Origin: an uncultured delta proteobacterium
GTDB taxonomy: Bacteria; Desulfobacterota; Binatia; UBA9968
Direction of reading: 5' to 3'
Assembly (NCBI GenBank): GCA_963804165.1
Contig: CAWDPO010000030.1
Location: 64,001-128,000, forward strand
DNA: 64,000 nt
Positions 41,393-51,738 of the stretch are shown in pieces. Under the pieces are notes generated by a model. It worked only from the letters and a program-made list of their open reading frames with translations. It searched no databases and was not told where the DNA came from. The position numbers and the translations under genes are program-made. Within the stretch, counting starts at the first letter, position 1. Every line of letters starts with the position of its first letter.

Positions 41393-41894
41393 ATGGAGAT
41401 CCCGGTTATTCCCTGGCGGGTGTTCTTTGACACGCTGAGAAAACAGCAATCGAGCACCATCGAACTATGGCTGCGGCGATGGTTGTTCACCAATGAGGGG
41501 GCGATTCTGGCTGACCAGCGCGTTACGACCGTCAATTAGTCCGATGTTTGTTGACCGATCGAGATTTGTCGCGGATGGTTTGTCAGCGGCTTCATCGCGA
41601 GCATCGCTAAAGTTGACCAGAACCAACGGACACCACCTTCGAATCGCGATGCTACGAATGTGGCTCACCTTCAGATCGCTATGGCGTAACTCTCCGGAAC
41701 ACGGCTGGCGAACGATCAATCACCGCTGCAGTCATCCGCTCGCTCTTGCGGTCGATCCAACGGAAAATGAGCAGCGCGACCTTGAAACCATGTTGGCCGA
41801 TTGCCCCAACTGCAGTCAATGGACACCGGGCGACGGACCGATCGTCGCAATATTATCGAGCGAGGCAAAAGCCGGCCGCGACGATTCCATTTAA
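41393..41894 (+). CDS. Hypothetical protein with CxxC, frameshifted
   Basis: RBS AAGGAG, MEIPVIPW... and C-terminal CSHP...CPNC. Confidence 0.4.
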
Positions 41895-42525
41895 ATTCTC
41901 TGAAGTCCCTCGCATACGCGCGCTCAACGCGAAAAATGATCGAATCAGAATCGACACCAATGACGGAGACACCATGGAAGCATTAAGAATTATCAAGCCC
42001 ACATCGGATCGAAAGCCCTACGTGTGCGGGGCGACGCTCCAGCTTTGCCGCGACTCGACCGACCGGCGTAGAACTCAGGTGTGTGGCTCTGCTCGCGCCA
42101 CTGCGGCGCCCGCGGTTTGACTTACGAAGGAGCGTTGCGGCGCAAAGTCCGCCTCGACTTGCTCAGCTGGGGCGCGATATTCGAAGGAATGCCCAAACAC
42201 TGATCGCCGCTGAAACGACGATCGAAACATACCGGTGTTGCAATGAGCCGCGTGCGTAATGAACACTCGCCTCGGCCCAGATGGTCGAGAGCTAGGCGAT
42301 AGGCGACACGACCGGCGCGGTCATGCCCAGCAACCGAGAAGCGAGGGAAGTCGAGCCGCTCCCTGACGACCACCATGTCGCGCGCCATAGCCCGCTTTGC
42401 AACCACAAAACCGCCGGAAATTGGACCGCAGAGACACAGAGCAAGTAGAGAGAGTTGAAAATTTTATTGGTGTCTACGCGCCTTGAGATAAGAAATCCGC
42501 TCTCAACGTTAGGGAAGTCGAGAAG

Positions 42526-42771
42526 CTACGGCGCAACAGACGCGATCGGCGGCGGTGCGACCATGGAGCCGACCACGATCGCGAATCCCATAATCACAGC
42601 AGCCATGATGATTGCGATTCCGAGGTTGCCTTTTCGCAGCTCCTCCCATTCGTCGATAGGTGTCAGCCAAGTGAAGACTTTGAGCAGGATCCAGAGAGAA
42701 ATCGCCATCGTAATGGCGCCCACCAACCCCCAACCAAAAGCCTTGAGATAGTCCACGATTAAGAGAGCCAT
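42526..42771 (-). CDS. DUF350-family membrane protein
   Basis: FTWLTPIDEWEELRKGNLGIAIIMAAVIMG between two TM helices. Confidence 0.82.
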   Translation of the reverse strand: MALLIVDYLKAFGWGLVGAITMAISLWILLKVFTWLTPIDEWEELRKGNLGIAIIMAAVIMGFAIVVGSMVAPPPIASVAP

Positions 42772-42988
42772 CCGTTCCTCCGAATGTGTTTTGTAAAATA
42801 CGCGGGACTCAGAGCCACGAGACTACTCTTGATCGAATCTCGGCGTCAAGCGGTGTCCAATGGGTGGGACTCCGGATGGTCATGTACGGCATTCGAGCTT
42901 TGCCGGCCTGCGGCGTGACAAAGAGGCTTGCCAGATAGTCAGAAAACAGATACTTGATTTAGAATCGGATTGGAGGTTTACTGCGCAC

Positions 42989-43321
42989 ATGAACTTACTT
43001 GACCTTACATCAGACCAACTAAAACGTGCTGTCTCGATCAAGGAACAAATCGACAAGCTCAATAAAGAGCTCGTTAGCATTCTCGGTGCGCCAGCTACAT
43101 CGCGAGCGGCGCCAACTAGAAATCGGCCCATGAGCGCTTCTGTGAAAAAGAAGATTGCGGCAGCTCAACGGACAAGATGGGCAAAACTTCGACGGTCGAA
43201 ACCGGCTGTTTCAGCCCGACCTGCGGCCAAGAAGAAAGCATTCACTACGGCCACCCGGGCGAAGTTGTCGGCTAAATTGAAGGCTTACTGGGCGGCGAAG
43301 AAGAAGGCGGGCAAGAAATAA
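42989..43321 (+). CDS. Lys/Ala/Arg-rich basic (histone-like) protein, copy 1
   Basis: MNLLDLTSDQLKRAVSIKEQIDKLNKEL...MSASVKKKIAAAQRTRWAK...KLKAYWAAKK. Confidence 0.75.
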   Translation: MNLLDLTSDQLKRAVSIKEQIDKLNKELVSILGAPATSRAAPTRNRPMSASVKKKIAAAQRTRWAKLRRSKPAVSARPAAKKKAFTTATRAKLSAKLKAYWAAKKKAGKK

Positions 43322-43454
43322 TTTATATTTCTAATTCGGTTGGTAGGCGTATCGGCTTACGTCGCCCGTATTTTGTTTTGGCTCTATCGGCTATTGCCTT
43401 CTTTCGATTTCCTTTTTCCCATACGGAGTCTCCATTCGCTCCGCGCCGGTTGTC

Positions 43455-43634
43455 TTAATCCCACCGTGATCGAATCCAGAATGTCGCCAGAAGCACTGCG
43501 GCCAATATCCCAGCAAGCAACCAGTGGATGCCATAACGCGGTAGGTAGTATGCCTCAACCAGGCCAATACCGTAGAGCGTCGAAATTATAGACGTACGTC
43601 TGATGCGGTCACGCCACTTCACTCTCTGATTCAT
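43455..43634 (-). CDS. Small hypothetical membrane protein
   Basis: MNQRVKWRDRIRR...GIHWLLAGILAAVLLATFW. Confidence 0.4.
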   Translation of the reverse strand: MNQRVKWRDRIRRTSIISTLYGIGLVEAYYLPRYGIHWLLAGILAAVLLATFWIRSRWD

Positions 43635-44038
43635 TACATTTTCTCCGGTTGATTCCGATAGCAACGTTCTGCCGGGACGGTTTTAGCAATTACCAGACAT
43701 GTTCCGTTTTTTAATCTCCAGGTCAAATGCAGCGAACCCCAAATTTTTCGAGTGCCTGCCCGAGGGCGCGCAGTTGACGCGCATACTCTTCGAGACCTGA
43801 TCTGAGTTCTCCACTGCGCAATCATCATTTTGACTAGCACGGTTCGCTCTCATTTTTCGCTCCGGATGCTGCACCGGGAATGGCCCTTCGCCGGTTACGG
43901 GCGGCGACTTATTTCATTAGCAAAGTCATGGCCGCTTTATGCTACGTTCCTCTGACGTGCAGAATAGGCAATGTGAGCAAATTGCCCGTCCAGACTTGTG
44001 GCTGCTGGTGTTGTTATCACGATCAGCCAGTTCAGCGT

Positions 44039-44227
44039 TTAGGCGCTGCACGAAAATGGTGCTGTCACGCACTCAAGTACTCTTGTCCAGCCTTGTGCCA
44101 AATTGGCTCCGACGTTCGTATTTCGCACTCCCATCCAAAAAACTAAAGCAACTAGAACGACAACCAACGTATACTCAACAAGGCCCTGTCCGTCGTCTTC
44201 CCAGCAAAGTCTCTTCAAAATGTTCAT
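44039..44227 (-). CDS. flp: Flp family type IVb pilin
   Basis: RBS GGAGG, then EDDG|QGLVEYTLVVVLVALV (prepilin cleavage site plus EY Flp motif). Confidence 0.88.
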   Translation of the reverse strand: MNILKRLCWEDDGQGLVEYTLVVVLVALVFWMGVRNTNVGANLAQGWTRVLECVTAPFSCSA

Positions 44228-44281
44228 CTCACACCTCCTAACTAGGTTTTTGCGCGCCTATAAAAAATTCAGACGTTAGTC

Positions 44282-44318
44282 AAAAAAAAACCGGCTACAG
44301 AATCTCTGTTGCCGGTTT
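44282..44318 (-). terminator. Intrinsic terminator in the flp leader (expression platform)
   Basis: Minus strand AAACCGGCAACAGAGATTCTGTAGCCGGTTTTTTTTT. Its 5' arm overlaps the aptamer 3' end. Confidence 0.75.
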
Positions 44319-44385
44319 CACCACTCGCTCCCCGATCCCCTTGGTGACCACGTTGGGGTATCAGTTCATTGCGTCAACGTCCTTA
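44308..44385 (-). promoter_or_regulatory. c-di-GMP-II-like riboswitch
   Basis: Minus strand GACGCAATGAA-CTGATACCCC-AACGTGGTCACCAA-GGGGATCGG-GGAGCGAGTGGTGAAACCGGC. Loop GGTCAC can pair with GTGAAACC as in the class II pseudoknot. Confidence 0.75.
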
Positions 44386-44851
44386 CGGTGTCACAGCGCA
44401 CGGATTGTGCCAAGGAGCGTGCTGCAACGCATTGGAGCGTTGACACCCATATGTTGACAACTCAATCTACTTCCAATCGCATACGCGTGTCAGTTGACAA
44501 ACACATTGGCGGTGATGTCGTGTCATAAATATTTAAAGTTCTGCGGCCGAACTCCATTTCTTTCTTTGGAACGATGTAGCGATCAACATCCGCAGCGGTG
44601 ATGGGCTCGCGAGCCGTCCTCGGTGACAGTGCTACCTGCGGCCGCGGGTTTCCTGGTAGGAATTTGTCCTCTGCTTCATTGCTTATCCAAATGTCACCGG
44701 ACAAAACTTCGTAGGCTCGGTAATTTTAGCGCCTACTGCCGAATCTCATTCACACTAAACGCTCGTAATGTTGATGATTGAGCTATGGCATGGTTGCTGC
44801 GTTGGCCTCCGCTCACAAAGCCACACTGGTGGCAAAAACAAAGGAGAGATT

Positions 44852-45169
44852 ATGAATATTTTGAAGCTACAACGGGTCGTGCCGGCACTCATGGTCACCT
44901 GCGCATTGGGGCTGACAGCATCGCCTGCTTTGGCCAAGAAGGAAGGCAAGACCAAAATCAAGAGCAGCGAAAAGACCACGGAAAAGGAAAACTCTGGTCG
45001 TCAAGCTGGAGAGCTGCCTTCCGGTTTGCAGAAATACTCGGAGAAAAAAGGCCAGCTTCCATCCGGGTTGCAAAAAAAGAAGGATGAAGACGGCCTACTA
45101 ACCAAAGGCCTCACGAGTGGTGGCAAAAAACTTGAGTCTACCGCCAAAAGCTCTAAACCTTCCAAGTAA
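44852..45169 (+). CDS. Secreted Lys-rich protein with LPSGLQK repeats
   Basis: RBS AAGGAG, signal peptide ending SPALA, and GELPSGLQK / GQLPSGLQK. Confidence 0.7.
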   Translation: MNILKLQRVVPALMVTCALGLTASPALAKKEGKTKIKSSEKTTEKENSGRQAGELPSGLQKYSEKKGQLPSGLQKKKDEDGLLTKGLTSGGKKLESTAKSSKPSK

Positions 45170-45284
45170 TCCCCCCTATCGGGGCGGTGAGCAGTTATTT
45201 TCGGACAACTGCAATACCCGCCCCGCCCTTCTCACACGCGTGAGCGGTTGATTTAAAACCGCATTGAATGTATTTACTGCCGAC

Positions 45285-45617
45285 ATGAATTTACTTGACC
45301 TTACACCCGCGCAACTGAAACGTGCTGCCTATATCAAGGAACAAATCGACAAGCTTAATAAAGAGCTCGGTAGCATCCTCGGTGCGCCAGCTACATCGCG
45401 AGCGGCGCCAACGAGAAATCGGCCCATGAGCGCTTCTGTGAAAAAGAAGATTGCGGCAGCTCAAAGGACAAGATGGGCAAAACTTCGACGGTCGAAACCG
45501 GCTGTTTCAGCCCGACCTGCGGCCAAGAAGAAAGCATTCAGCACTGCCACCCGGGCGAAGTTGTCGGCTAAATTGAAAGCTTACTGGGCGGCGAAGAAGA
45601 GGTCGGGCAAGAAGTAG
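45285..45617 (+). CDS. Lys/Ala/Arg-rich basic (histone-like) protein, copy 2
   Basis: Same length as, and nearly identical to, 42989-43321. Confidence 0.75.
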   Translation: MNLLDLTPAQLKRAAYIKEQIDKLNKELGSILGAPATSRAAPTRNRPMSASVKKKIAAAQRTRWAKLRRSKPAVSARPAAKKKAFSTATRAKLSAKLKAYWAAKKRSGKK

Positions 45618-46347
45618 TCTATAGACTTGCTGTCTCCTCTCTCACGCATCAGCGTGCCAGCGGATAAAACGCATTAATCAAGAATAGTGGTGAAGCTTCA
45701 GGATGGGTCATGCCGCAAGGCTTGGCCCATTTTTTTTGCTCAAACAGTTCGGCGATCCGATGGTCAAAAGTGGCTCTTGACGGGGCACGGTGTAAACGTC
45801 GCCGTGCCGACAAGTAGGCGGCAATCTCAACCAATGGGACTCTTCAAACCGATACATAAGTATCATCCTTTTTTTCTCTACTTGAGTTTTTCTAACAAGT
45901 TCACCATCTTCAAGCATTGCCAACAATAGTATGTATATATCACCAGCCGAAAACGAAATTGATTATCAATCAAGTTGCCGGGGGAGATTGACAGCCCCAG
46001 CCCCTCGCCGATGATTCGTGCTAATTTTCGCAATGTACGTTTGATGCTTTATCCAGTGAAAGCTTGCGGCATAGCTGAGGACGGGCATGCCAAACCAAAC
46101 CAAGCAACACGAGGATTAAGGATTCTCAGCACGTGTAACCACGAGAAATCACAATTGAAGTTCTCTGGTTTGCCATCACTTTGCCATAAGAAAAAAACCC
46201 GTGAGTTCGAATCTATCCACCATTGGTAGATCGAATCAGCCAAATCAGACAGAATCCCGCCTTGTTGGGTTGTGGCGTCGACCAAATTACGTCCTTGTCC
46301 GAGGCAGTCGGGTTGACACGTATGAAGATAATGACAAGGTATTTCTC

Positions 46348-46793
46348 ATGTCCATCAAGAACATGCTTCTGCAGGGTGCGACACTTGTCTCGCTCTTACT
46401 CGGGGTCTCGGCATGTGCGAGTCAGAGGCCGGTGCTATCTTCCAATGAACACCTGATGCGCATGGGTGCTGAGGTCGGGGAACGGGACATCGACGAGTGT
46501 ATAGCACGCGCCGAAGCGACGTCGACCGAGAGTGGAAATGCTGCCAAAGGGAATGTGGTCGCCGGTGCAGCGACTAGCAGTGTTGTGGGCGCGGCGCAGG
46601 GGGTGCCGGTGGTGCGATTGTTGGACGGGCGGGTCAAGGTGCCGCAGCAGGCGCAGTAGGCGGAGTAGCGGGTAGCCTTACGCACGCACTATTGCAGGGA
46701 TTGTTCCGATCTAAACCGCCGCAGCCATCCAATCAGCAATTCGTGGACAATTGCCTCCGCCAAAAAGGGTACGAGCCTGCTGGGTGGAAATAA
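46348..46793 (+). CDS. Glycine-zipper lipoprotein, frameshifted
   Basis: Lipobox-like VSAC, DIDEC, a Gly/Ala-rich zipper, and C-terminal FVDNCLRQKGYEPAGWK. Confidence 0.75.
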
Positions 46794-46899
46794 TTAATCA
46801 TTGGTACACCCCTCCGCTCTGGTCACTTCTTAGCCACCAACAGCACGAACCAACACAATTCAAAGGAAAAGTCTCTGGTCATGCGCTACACTCCAGAGC

Positions 46900-47386
46900 A
46901 TGGCAAGGCATCCCCGGCAAATCCGATCCATCAGGCAATCAGAATGCTTTCCGCTACGGTCTGGGATCTCCCAGCGCCGCGTTAACGGCGCGCTCAATTC
47001 CCACTGAACAGTCAATCCGAGAAGAAGTCCTGGCAGGCTTGCTCGCCGATAAGGGCGGTGAGGCGCAGATCAGCACCACCATGCGCGTGCTGCCGAGATC
47101 ATCGCGAGCGACGTGTCACTGCTGGTCACCGTCAACCAGGCGATCTAGGGCGTCATCCAGAATAATCAGAAAGCGAAGACAAAATCCCAAGGCGCTAGCC
47201 CAATTGGACGGCTACAAAAGACCGCTGGTCGGCGCGTTGTCGGCGAATCTCCAGCGGTTCGGCATGGAAAAGGTCGCCAAATTGGAGTCGTTTCAAGAGA
47301 TTATCGCCGAAGATGACCGAGGACGATGGGACCAGCGAAAATTCACACCAAACCACTCCAATTACGAAGGCAGATGCAGACAATGA
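46900..47386 (+). pseudogene. Degraded copy of the 51194 terminase-small-subunit-like gene
   Basis: GKSDPSGNQNAFRYGL...NPKALAQLDGYKRPLVG, with frameshifts. Confidence 0.7.
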
Positions 47387-47497
47387 TGGGGGTGACCAGC
47401 TTTTACCCTCTTCATTCGATTATGGACAACTATATGAAATATCTAACAAGGCGAACGGAGGGATAGACAAAAATTTTAGCTATGTCATTCTGATGGC

Positions 47498-47686
47498 ATG
47501 GCCAACAAAGCAAAGAAAAGAATTGCAAAGTCGAAAAGAACGGCTACCGACTGGGGGATAGGCCAGCCGTTAGCCTTCCCTAAGGCAAAAAACCTCACCG
47601 CCATTGATCGGCTGGCGCAAGAAGTCGTGGAAGAAGCCATGAGGGGCCCCTTCAAACCCAAACGACCAAAGCTGAAGAAAAAGTAG
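47498..47686 (+). CDS. Small basic hypothetical protein
   Basis: 62-aa Lys-rich ORF. Confidence 0.4.
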   Translation: MANKAKKRIAKSKRTATDWGIGQPLAFPKAKNLTAIDRLAQEVVEEAMRGPFKPKRPKLKKK

Positions 47687-47961
47687 CTTCTAATCTCACC
47701 GGTGGTGGTGTGTCTTGCCATCCCGCCACGCCTGTAATGCAGGTGTGCCGCGGGCAATCAATCCTCATCCCGGAACGACAGGTGCAGACCAGCGCTCCTC
47801 ACAGAGTCTTTCAGGTAACTCACCTGAGATCCTATTTAGGCAAGCAAAACGTTGAAGGCCAGCAGTGAAACGGCGTAATTCTTAATGTGTCGGCGTGCAA
47901 TCGCTCGACGGCAAACAACTGAGCGAGCTTTATACGAAGATGTTCCTACTAGTTATACGTC

Positions 47962-48312
47962 ATGAAACAGACATACAAAGGTTCGTGTCACTGCGGTAAA
48001 GTTCAGTTCGAAGTTGACGTTGATCTCGATCATGTCCGAGTTTGTGACTGCTCAATATGTCGTCGAAGAGGTGCCCTTATTCATCGTGTCGAAGAACAAG
48101 ATTTTCGTCTGTTAACGCCGATCGAAGAGCTTTCTCTTTACCAGTGGCATACGAAGACCGCCAAAGACTATTTCTGTCCTGACTGCGGTATCTTACCGTT
48201 CCGTCGTCCGCGTACAGCTCCAGAACTGTGGGATGTCAATGTTCGTTGTCTCGAAGGTGTCGAGCTATCGTCTATTCCCATCAGGTACGTTTATGGAAGC
48301 CGGTTGGACTGA
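47962..48312 (+). CDS. GFA/CENP-V family protein
   Basis: GSCHCG...CDCSIC...FCPDCG...VNVRCL. Confidence 0.92.
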   Translation: MKQTYKGSCHCGKVQFEVDVDLDHVRVCDCSICRRRGALIHRVEEQDFRLLTPIEELSLYQWHTKTAKDYFCPDCGILPFRRPRTAPELWDVNVRCLEGVELSSIPIRYVYGSRLD

Positions 48313-48321
48313 GAGGGTGGC

Positions 48322-48400
48322 GTATAACATGCGCCTTGAGACAGATCTTCGGACCCGCTCGCAAAGATCGCGGGCCTCGGCTGCTCAGCCTCCGCGTCAC
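48322..48400 (+). other. attC-like site (degenerate 3' end)
   Basis: GTATAAC after the stop codon is the reverse complement of GTTATAC (47952-47958) before the start, and is followed by an imperfect palindrome. Confidence 0.55.
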
Positions 48401-48420
48401 AACGAGTTGGAGAATGAACC

Positions 48421-49353
48421 GTGGCGCCAAAACCAAAGAGGAGTGATCTCGAGCAAGCGACCGGGAAACCCGCTTCCCGGCTCATCGACCAGCGGATCCG
48501 CGATCTAGGGGGATGGCGCGGGGAGACCCTGGCCCGCATGCGGGCGCTGATCCTGGAAGCCGACCCCGAGATGACCGAGGAGTGGAAGTGGATGGGCACT
48601 CCGGTCTGGTCGCACCACGGGATCGTCTGCACCGGGGAGGCGTACACGAAGGTCGTGAAGCTCACGTTCGCCCGGGGGGCCAGGATCCCAGACCCATCGC
48701 GCCTCTTCAATTCCAGCTTGGAAGGCAACACGCGAAGGGCGATCGACATCCACGAAGGGGAGAAGGTCGACGCGGGCGCGTTCAAGGCGCTCGTGAAGGC
48801 CGCGGTGGCCCAGAATGGCCCGCCGGGTCCCGTGCACATGCCTGGCAAGGCGAAGCCGAAGGCCAGGAGCACGTCGCGTGCAACAAAGCCGGGAAAGGCG
48901 ACCACCAAGGGCAAGGGACCGTCGAGGGTAGGCGCGAAGGCCAAGCCGTTGAAACTCCTTTCAGGCGGCAATCCGCAAATCGCGAAGGCCGACGGCGACG
49001 CCCCGGTGCAGGCGTACATCGCCGCGATGCCGGGCTGGAAGCGCGCCATTGGGAAGCGCCTCGACGCGCTCATCGTGCGCAACGTGCCCAACGTGCGCAA
49101 GGCCGTGAAGTGGAACTCGCCCTTGTACGGCATCGAAGGCCAGGGCTTGTTCCTGGGGTTCCACACCTTCACGCACTACGTCAAGGTGACCTTCTTCCGC
49201 GGCACGTCGCTGCGACCCGTTCCACCCGGAGGCACGGGCAAGGACGCGCGCTGGATCGACATCCACGAGGACGATCTCGACGAGGCGCAGATGGCGACCT
49301 GGGTGAAGCAGGCGGCCGCGTTGCCCGGCTGGGTTCCTGGCCGACCGTCCTGA
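48421..49353 (+). CDS. Tandem DUF1801 (YdhG-like) domain protein
   Basis: RALILEADPEMTEEWKWMGTPVW...LTFARGA and VPNVRKAVKWNSPLYG...VKVTFFRG. Confidence 0.85.
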   Translation: MAPKPKRSDLEQATGKPASRLIDQRIRDLGGWRGETLARMRALILEADPEMTEEWKWMGTPVWSHHGIVCTGEAYTKVVKLTFARGARIPDPSRLFNSSLEGNTRRAIDIHEGEKVDAGAFKALVKAAVAQNGPPGPVHMPGKAKPKARSTSRATKPGKATTKGKGPSRVGAKAKPLKLLSGGNPQIAKADGDAPVQAYIAAMPGWKRAIGKRLDALIVRNVPNVRKAVKWNSPLYGIEGQGLFLGFHTFTHYVKVTFFRGTSLRPVPPGGTGKDARWIDIHEDDLDEAQMATWVKQAAALPGWVPGRPS

Positions 49354-49470
49354 GGCAACGCCCGGAGCAGACCCGCCTCACCTGTTGGAGCAAGAACGAA
49401 TTTGATTCTCAATCAAGTGCCCACCTGCGGGCACAGTGCCGATCATTCGGAGTGCAAAACGTGATCGCGT

Positions 49471-49977
49471 TTATTCGTAGATTCGATTTGTTAAAACATG
49501 CACGTACGAAATTTTATTTTCAGCCGTAGGAAAAATATTGATCTCGTAAATGCCCGGCAGATTCCGCCATCTGGTGACGGCCTGATTAGATAAATCACCT
49601 GTCGCATTCTTATCCAAGCCAAGATCTCCCAGTAGCGTCCATCCGTCCTTGGGGTAGGAATAGTCCAGATATTTTCCGCTCAATTTTTGCACCCATATCG
49701 TCAGATACCTTGCTCCACCTTCCAAATACGTGACCTCAATGGCCCCGTTCGTATAGGCTGCTCTTATCGCGGGATAGGTGGTGCCTCGGGTACCTCTAAA
49801 AATGTCGTCTACGAGTTTGGATGGTTGACCTAAAATCTTTTCCACATCTGGACGAGGCCTATCAGCCACCTGTTTCAAATCGAGGAGAAGTTTTTCCTGC
49901 GCAGCGGAATGGCCAATCACAAAAAACACGGGCAACAATCCTATAATGACGATTTCCTTCAACCCTATAAAATTCAT
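49471..49977 (-). CDS. Hypothetical exported protein
   Basis: RBS GGAGG, signal-peptide-like N-terminus, 168 aa. Confidence 0.65.
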   Translation of the reverse strand: MNFIGLKEIVIIGLLPVFFVIGHSAAQEKLLLDLKQVADRPRPDVEKILGQPSKLVDDIFRGTRGTTYPAIRAAYTNGAIEVTYLEGGARYLTIWVQKLSGKYLDYSYPKDGWTLLGDLGLDKNATGDLSNQAVTRWRNLPGIYEINIFPTAENKISYVHVLTNRIYE

Positions 49978-50340
49978 CTCTTGTCACCTCCGATAACGCG
50001 AGAGACCTCCTTTATTTGACGAACGGGAAGCGGCACGACATTCATGACGTCGATAACCAGATCGACACGTTACAGATTGAAAGCAGATGATACGAGGATT
50101 CAGGATTCTCGTAGCATCTCTAAGCACAAGAGAACACAAGAGAATTTTTTAACTTTGCTACTACTTTGCCAGTAAAATAATCGGCATCAATTCGAATCCA
50201 TCCAAGACTGAGAGAACGAAAGGGGCCTTATTCGAGCAGAAACTCTGAGGGAGTCGCAGGATCGAATTCAACGACGCCTCAGGCAAATCTTACAGGATTT
50301 GTTAGGGGGGAAGAATACAATTCAAACAATTCAATTACAG

Positions 50341-50441
50341 GGTCAACGTCAGAGCTAACCGGCGCACGCCATTTTTGCACGCGTGTAATGTTGATACGTC
50401 AGACAATGGCGTGCCCGGTTTCCACAAGCCAGACGTTAAGC
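50341..50441. other. attC-like palindrome
   Basis: AACGTC...AACCGGCGCACGCCATT / AATGGCGTGCCCGGTT...GACGTT, with ends GGTCAAC and GTTAAGC. Confidence 0.5.
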
Positions 50442-50560
50442 CTTTGATCCATCAACCTACTGAACGAATAAAATTTGTGCGGTGATTCGTAGGACGATAG
50501 AAGCGTAGATTACAACTGCTTCTCTCCGGTGTCCCGAATCATCTCGTCTTCGTTTTTTGG

Positions 50561-50860
50561 CTACTCTCTGGCGTTGCGCGTCGCCACCCATACAGAGAGC
50601 GCACCCATGCCGAGGCCGATCGCCAAGCCCAAGGCCACTGAGCGTAGCGGATCGCGCTTGACGCGATGGGCCGCATCTTCCATCAAGTCTTCAGCGGCAT
50701 AACGGCTGTGCTTGGCCAACCGCTTGGCCTCAGTCACAGCATCTTCGACGGCGTGAGAAGCTGCAGCTTTCAAGCGCGCGGCTTCGCCTCCCACTTCCGC
50801 CAGCCGATCTCTAACGTGCATGCCTTTCTCGAGCAGACTGTGTTTCTCGTTCACTTCCAT
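50561..50860 (-). CDS. DUF883/ElaB/YqjD-like tail-anchored protein
   Basis: VKRDPLRSVALGLAIGLGMGAL at the C-terminus. Confidence 0.78.
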   Translation of the reverse strand: MEVNEKHSLLEKGMHVRDRLAEVGGEAARLKAAASHAVEDAVTEAKRLAKHSRYAAEDLMEDAAHRVKRDPLRSVALGLAIGLGMGALSVWVATRNARE

Positions 50861-51193
50861 AATCGATTCCTCCTTTTTTCTAGAGGTTAAAGGTTGAGGA
50901 AGGTTTACTAACTGCTGGTTTTCTTCTTCCCGGCTGCACCTGACAGTCGACGGATCGGAAAATAGAGTCCGGGTCTTTGTTGCGCTGTGGGTTTTTACAC
51001 TTCACATACCCAACCGCAATAGCGAAAGCGTTGAGTGGGCTTTTTAGCTAAGTTCTTTTTTCTTTGTGTAGACATGAGTTGAGTTTAACAAACGGGCTGT
51101 GTCACCGCTAGACGCTTTACTCAATACTGAGAGAGCCGAATAACTCCGCCAATTCAGAGGAAAAATCCCGTTCTCTCCGCTATCCAATGCCTC

Positions 51194-51694
51194 ATGGCAG
51201 GGTTACGCGGCAAATCAGGCCCACCGGGCAATCAGAACGCCTTCCGCCACGGTCTGGCTGGGATCTCGCAGCGACGGATCAACGGCGCACTGAACCCCGC
51301 CGAACAGTCCATTCGAGAAGAAATCCTAGACGGTCTAATCACTGATAAGGGCGGTGAGCCCCAGATAAGCACTGGCCTGCCCGTGCTGGCCGAGATCATC
51401 GCGAGCGATGTGTCTCTGCTGGTCACCTTCAACCAGGCCATTGAGGGCGTCATCCAGAGGGCGAATCCCAAGGCGCTGGCTCAATTGGACGGCTACAAAA
51501 GACCGCTCGTGGGATCTCTATCGGCGAATCTCCAGCGGTTCGGTATGGACAAGGTCGCCAAATTGGAATCTCTTCAGGAAATCATTGCCGAGATGACCGA
51601 GGACGATGGGAACGGCGAGAATTCAAACACAGACGGGCCCATTACGACGGCCGTTGGTTCGTCATTCGGTATAAGCAATTCTGTGAGAAATTGA
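51194..51694 (+). CDS. Hypothetical protein with a terminase-small-subunit-like GNxNAxxHG motif
   Basis: MAGLRGKSGPPGNQNAFRHGL. Confidence 0.65.
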   Translation: MAGLRGKSGPPGNQNAFRHGLAGISQRRINGALNPAEQSIREEILDGLITDKGGEPQISTGLPVLAEIIASDVSLLVTFNQAIEGVIQRANPKALAQLDGYKRPLVGSLSANLQRFGMDKVAKLESLQEIIAEMTEDDGNGENSNTDGPITTAVGSSFGISNSVRN

Positions 51695-51738
51695 GCGCTA
51701 CGGGGTGAGTGGGTCATCTCTGATGGATTTTATCTGGT

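Noticed and set aside
42122-42406. Possible integrase or transposase remnant
   Set aside because: No catalytic or family motif could be recognised.
45644-45662. Sigma54 promoter TGGCACGCTGATGC on the minus strand
   Set aside because: The GG-GC spacing is one base short and there is no sense gene downstream.
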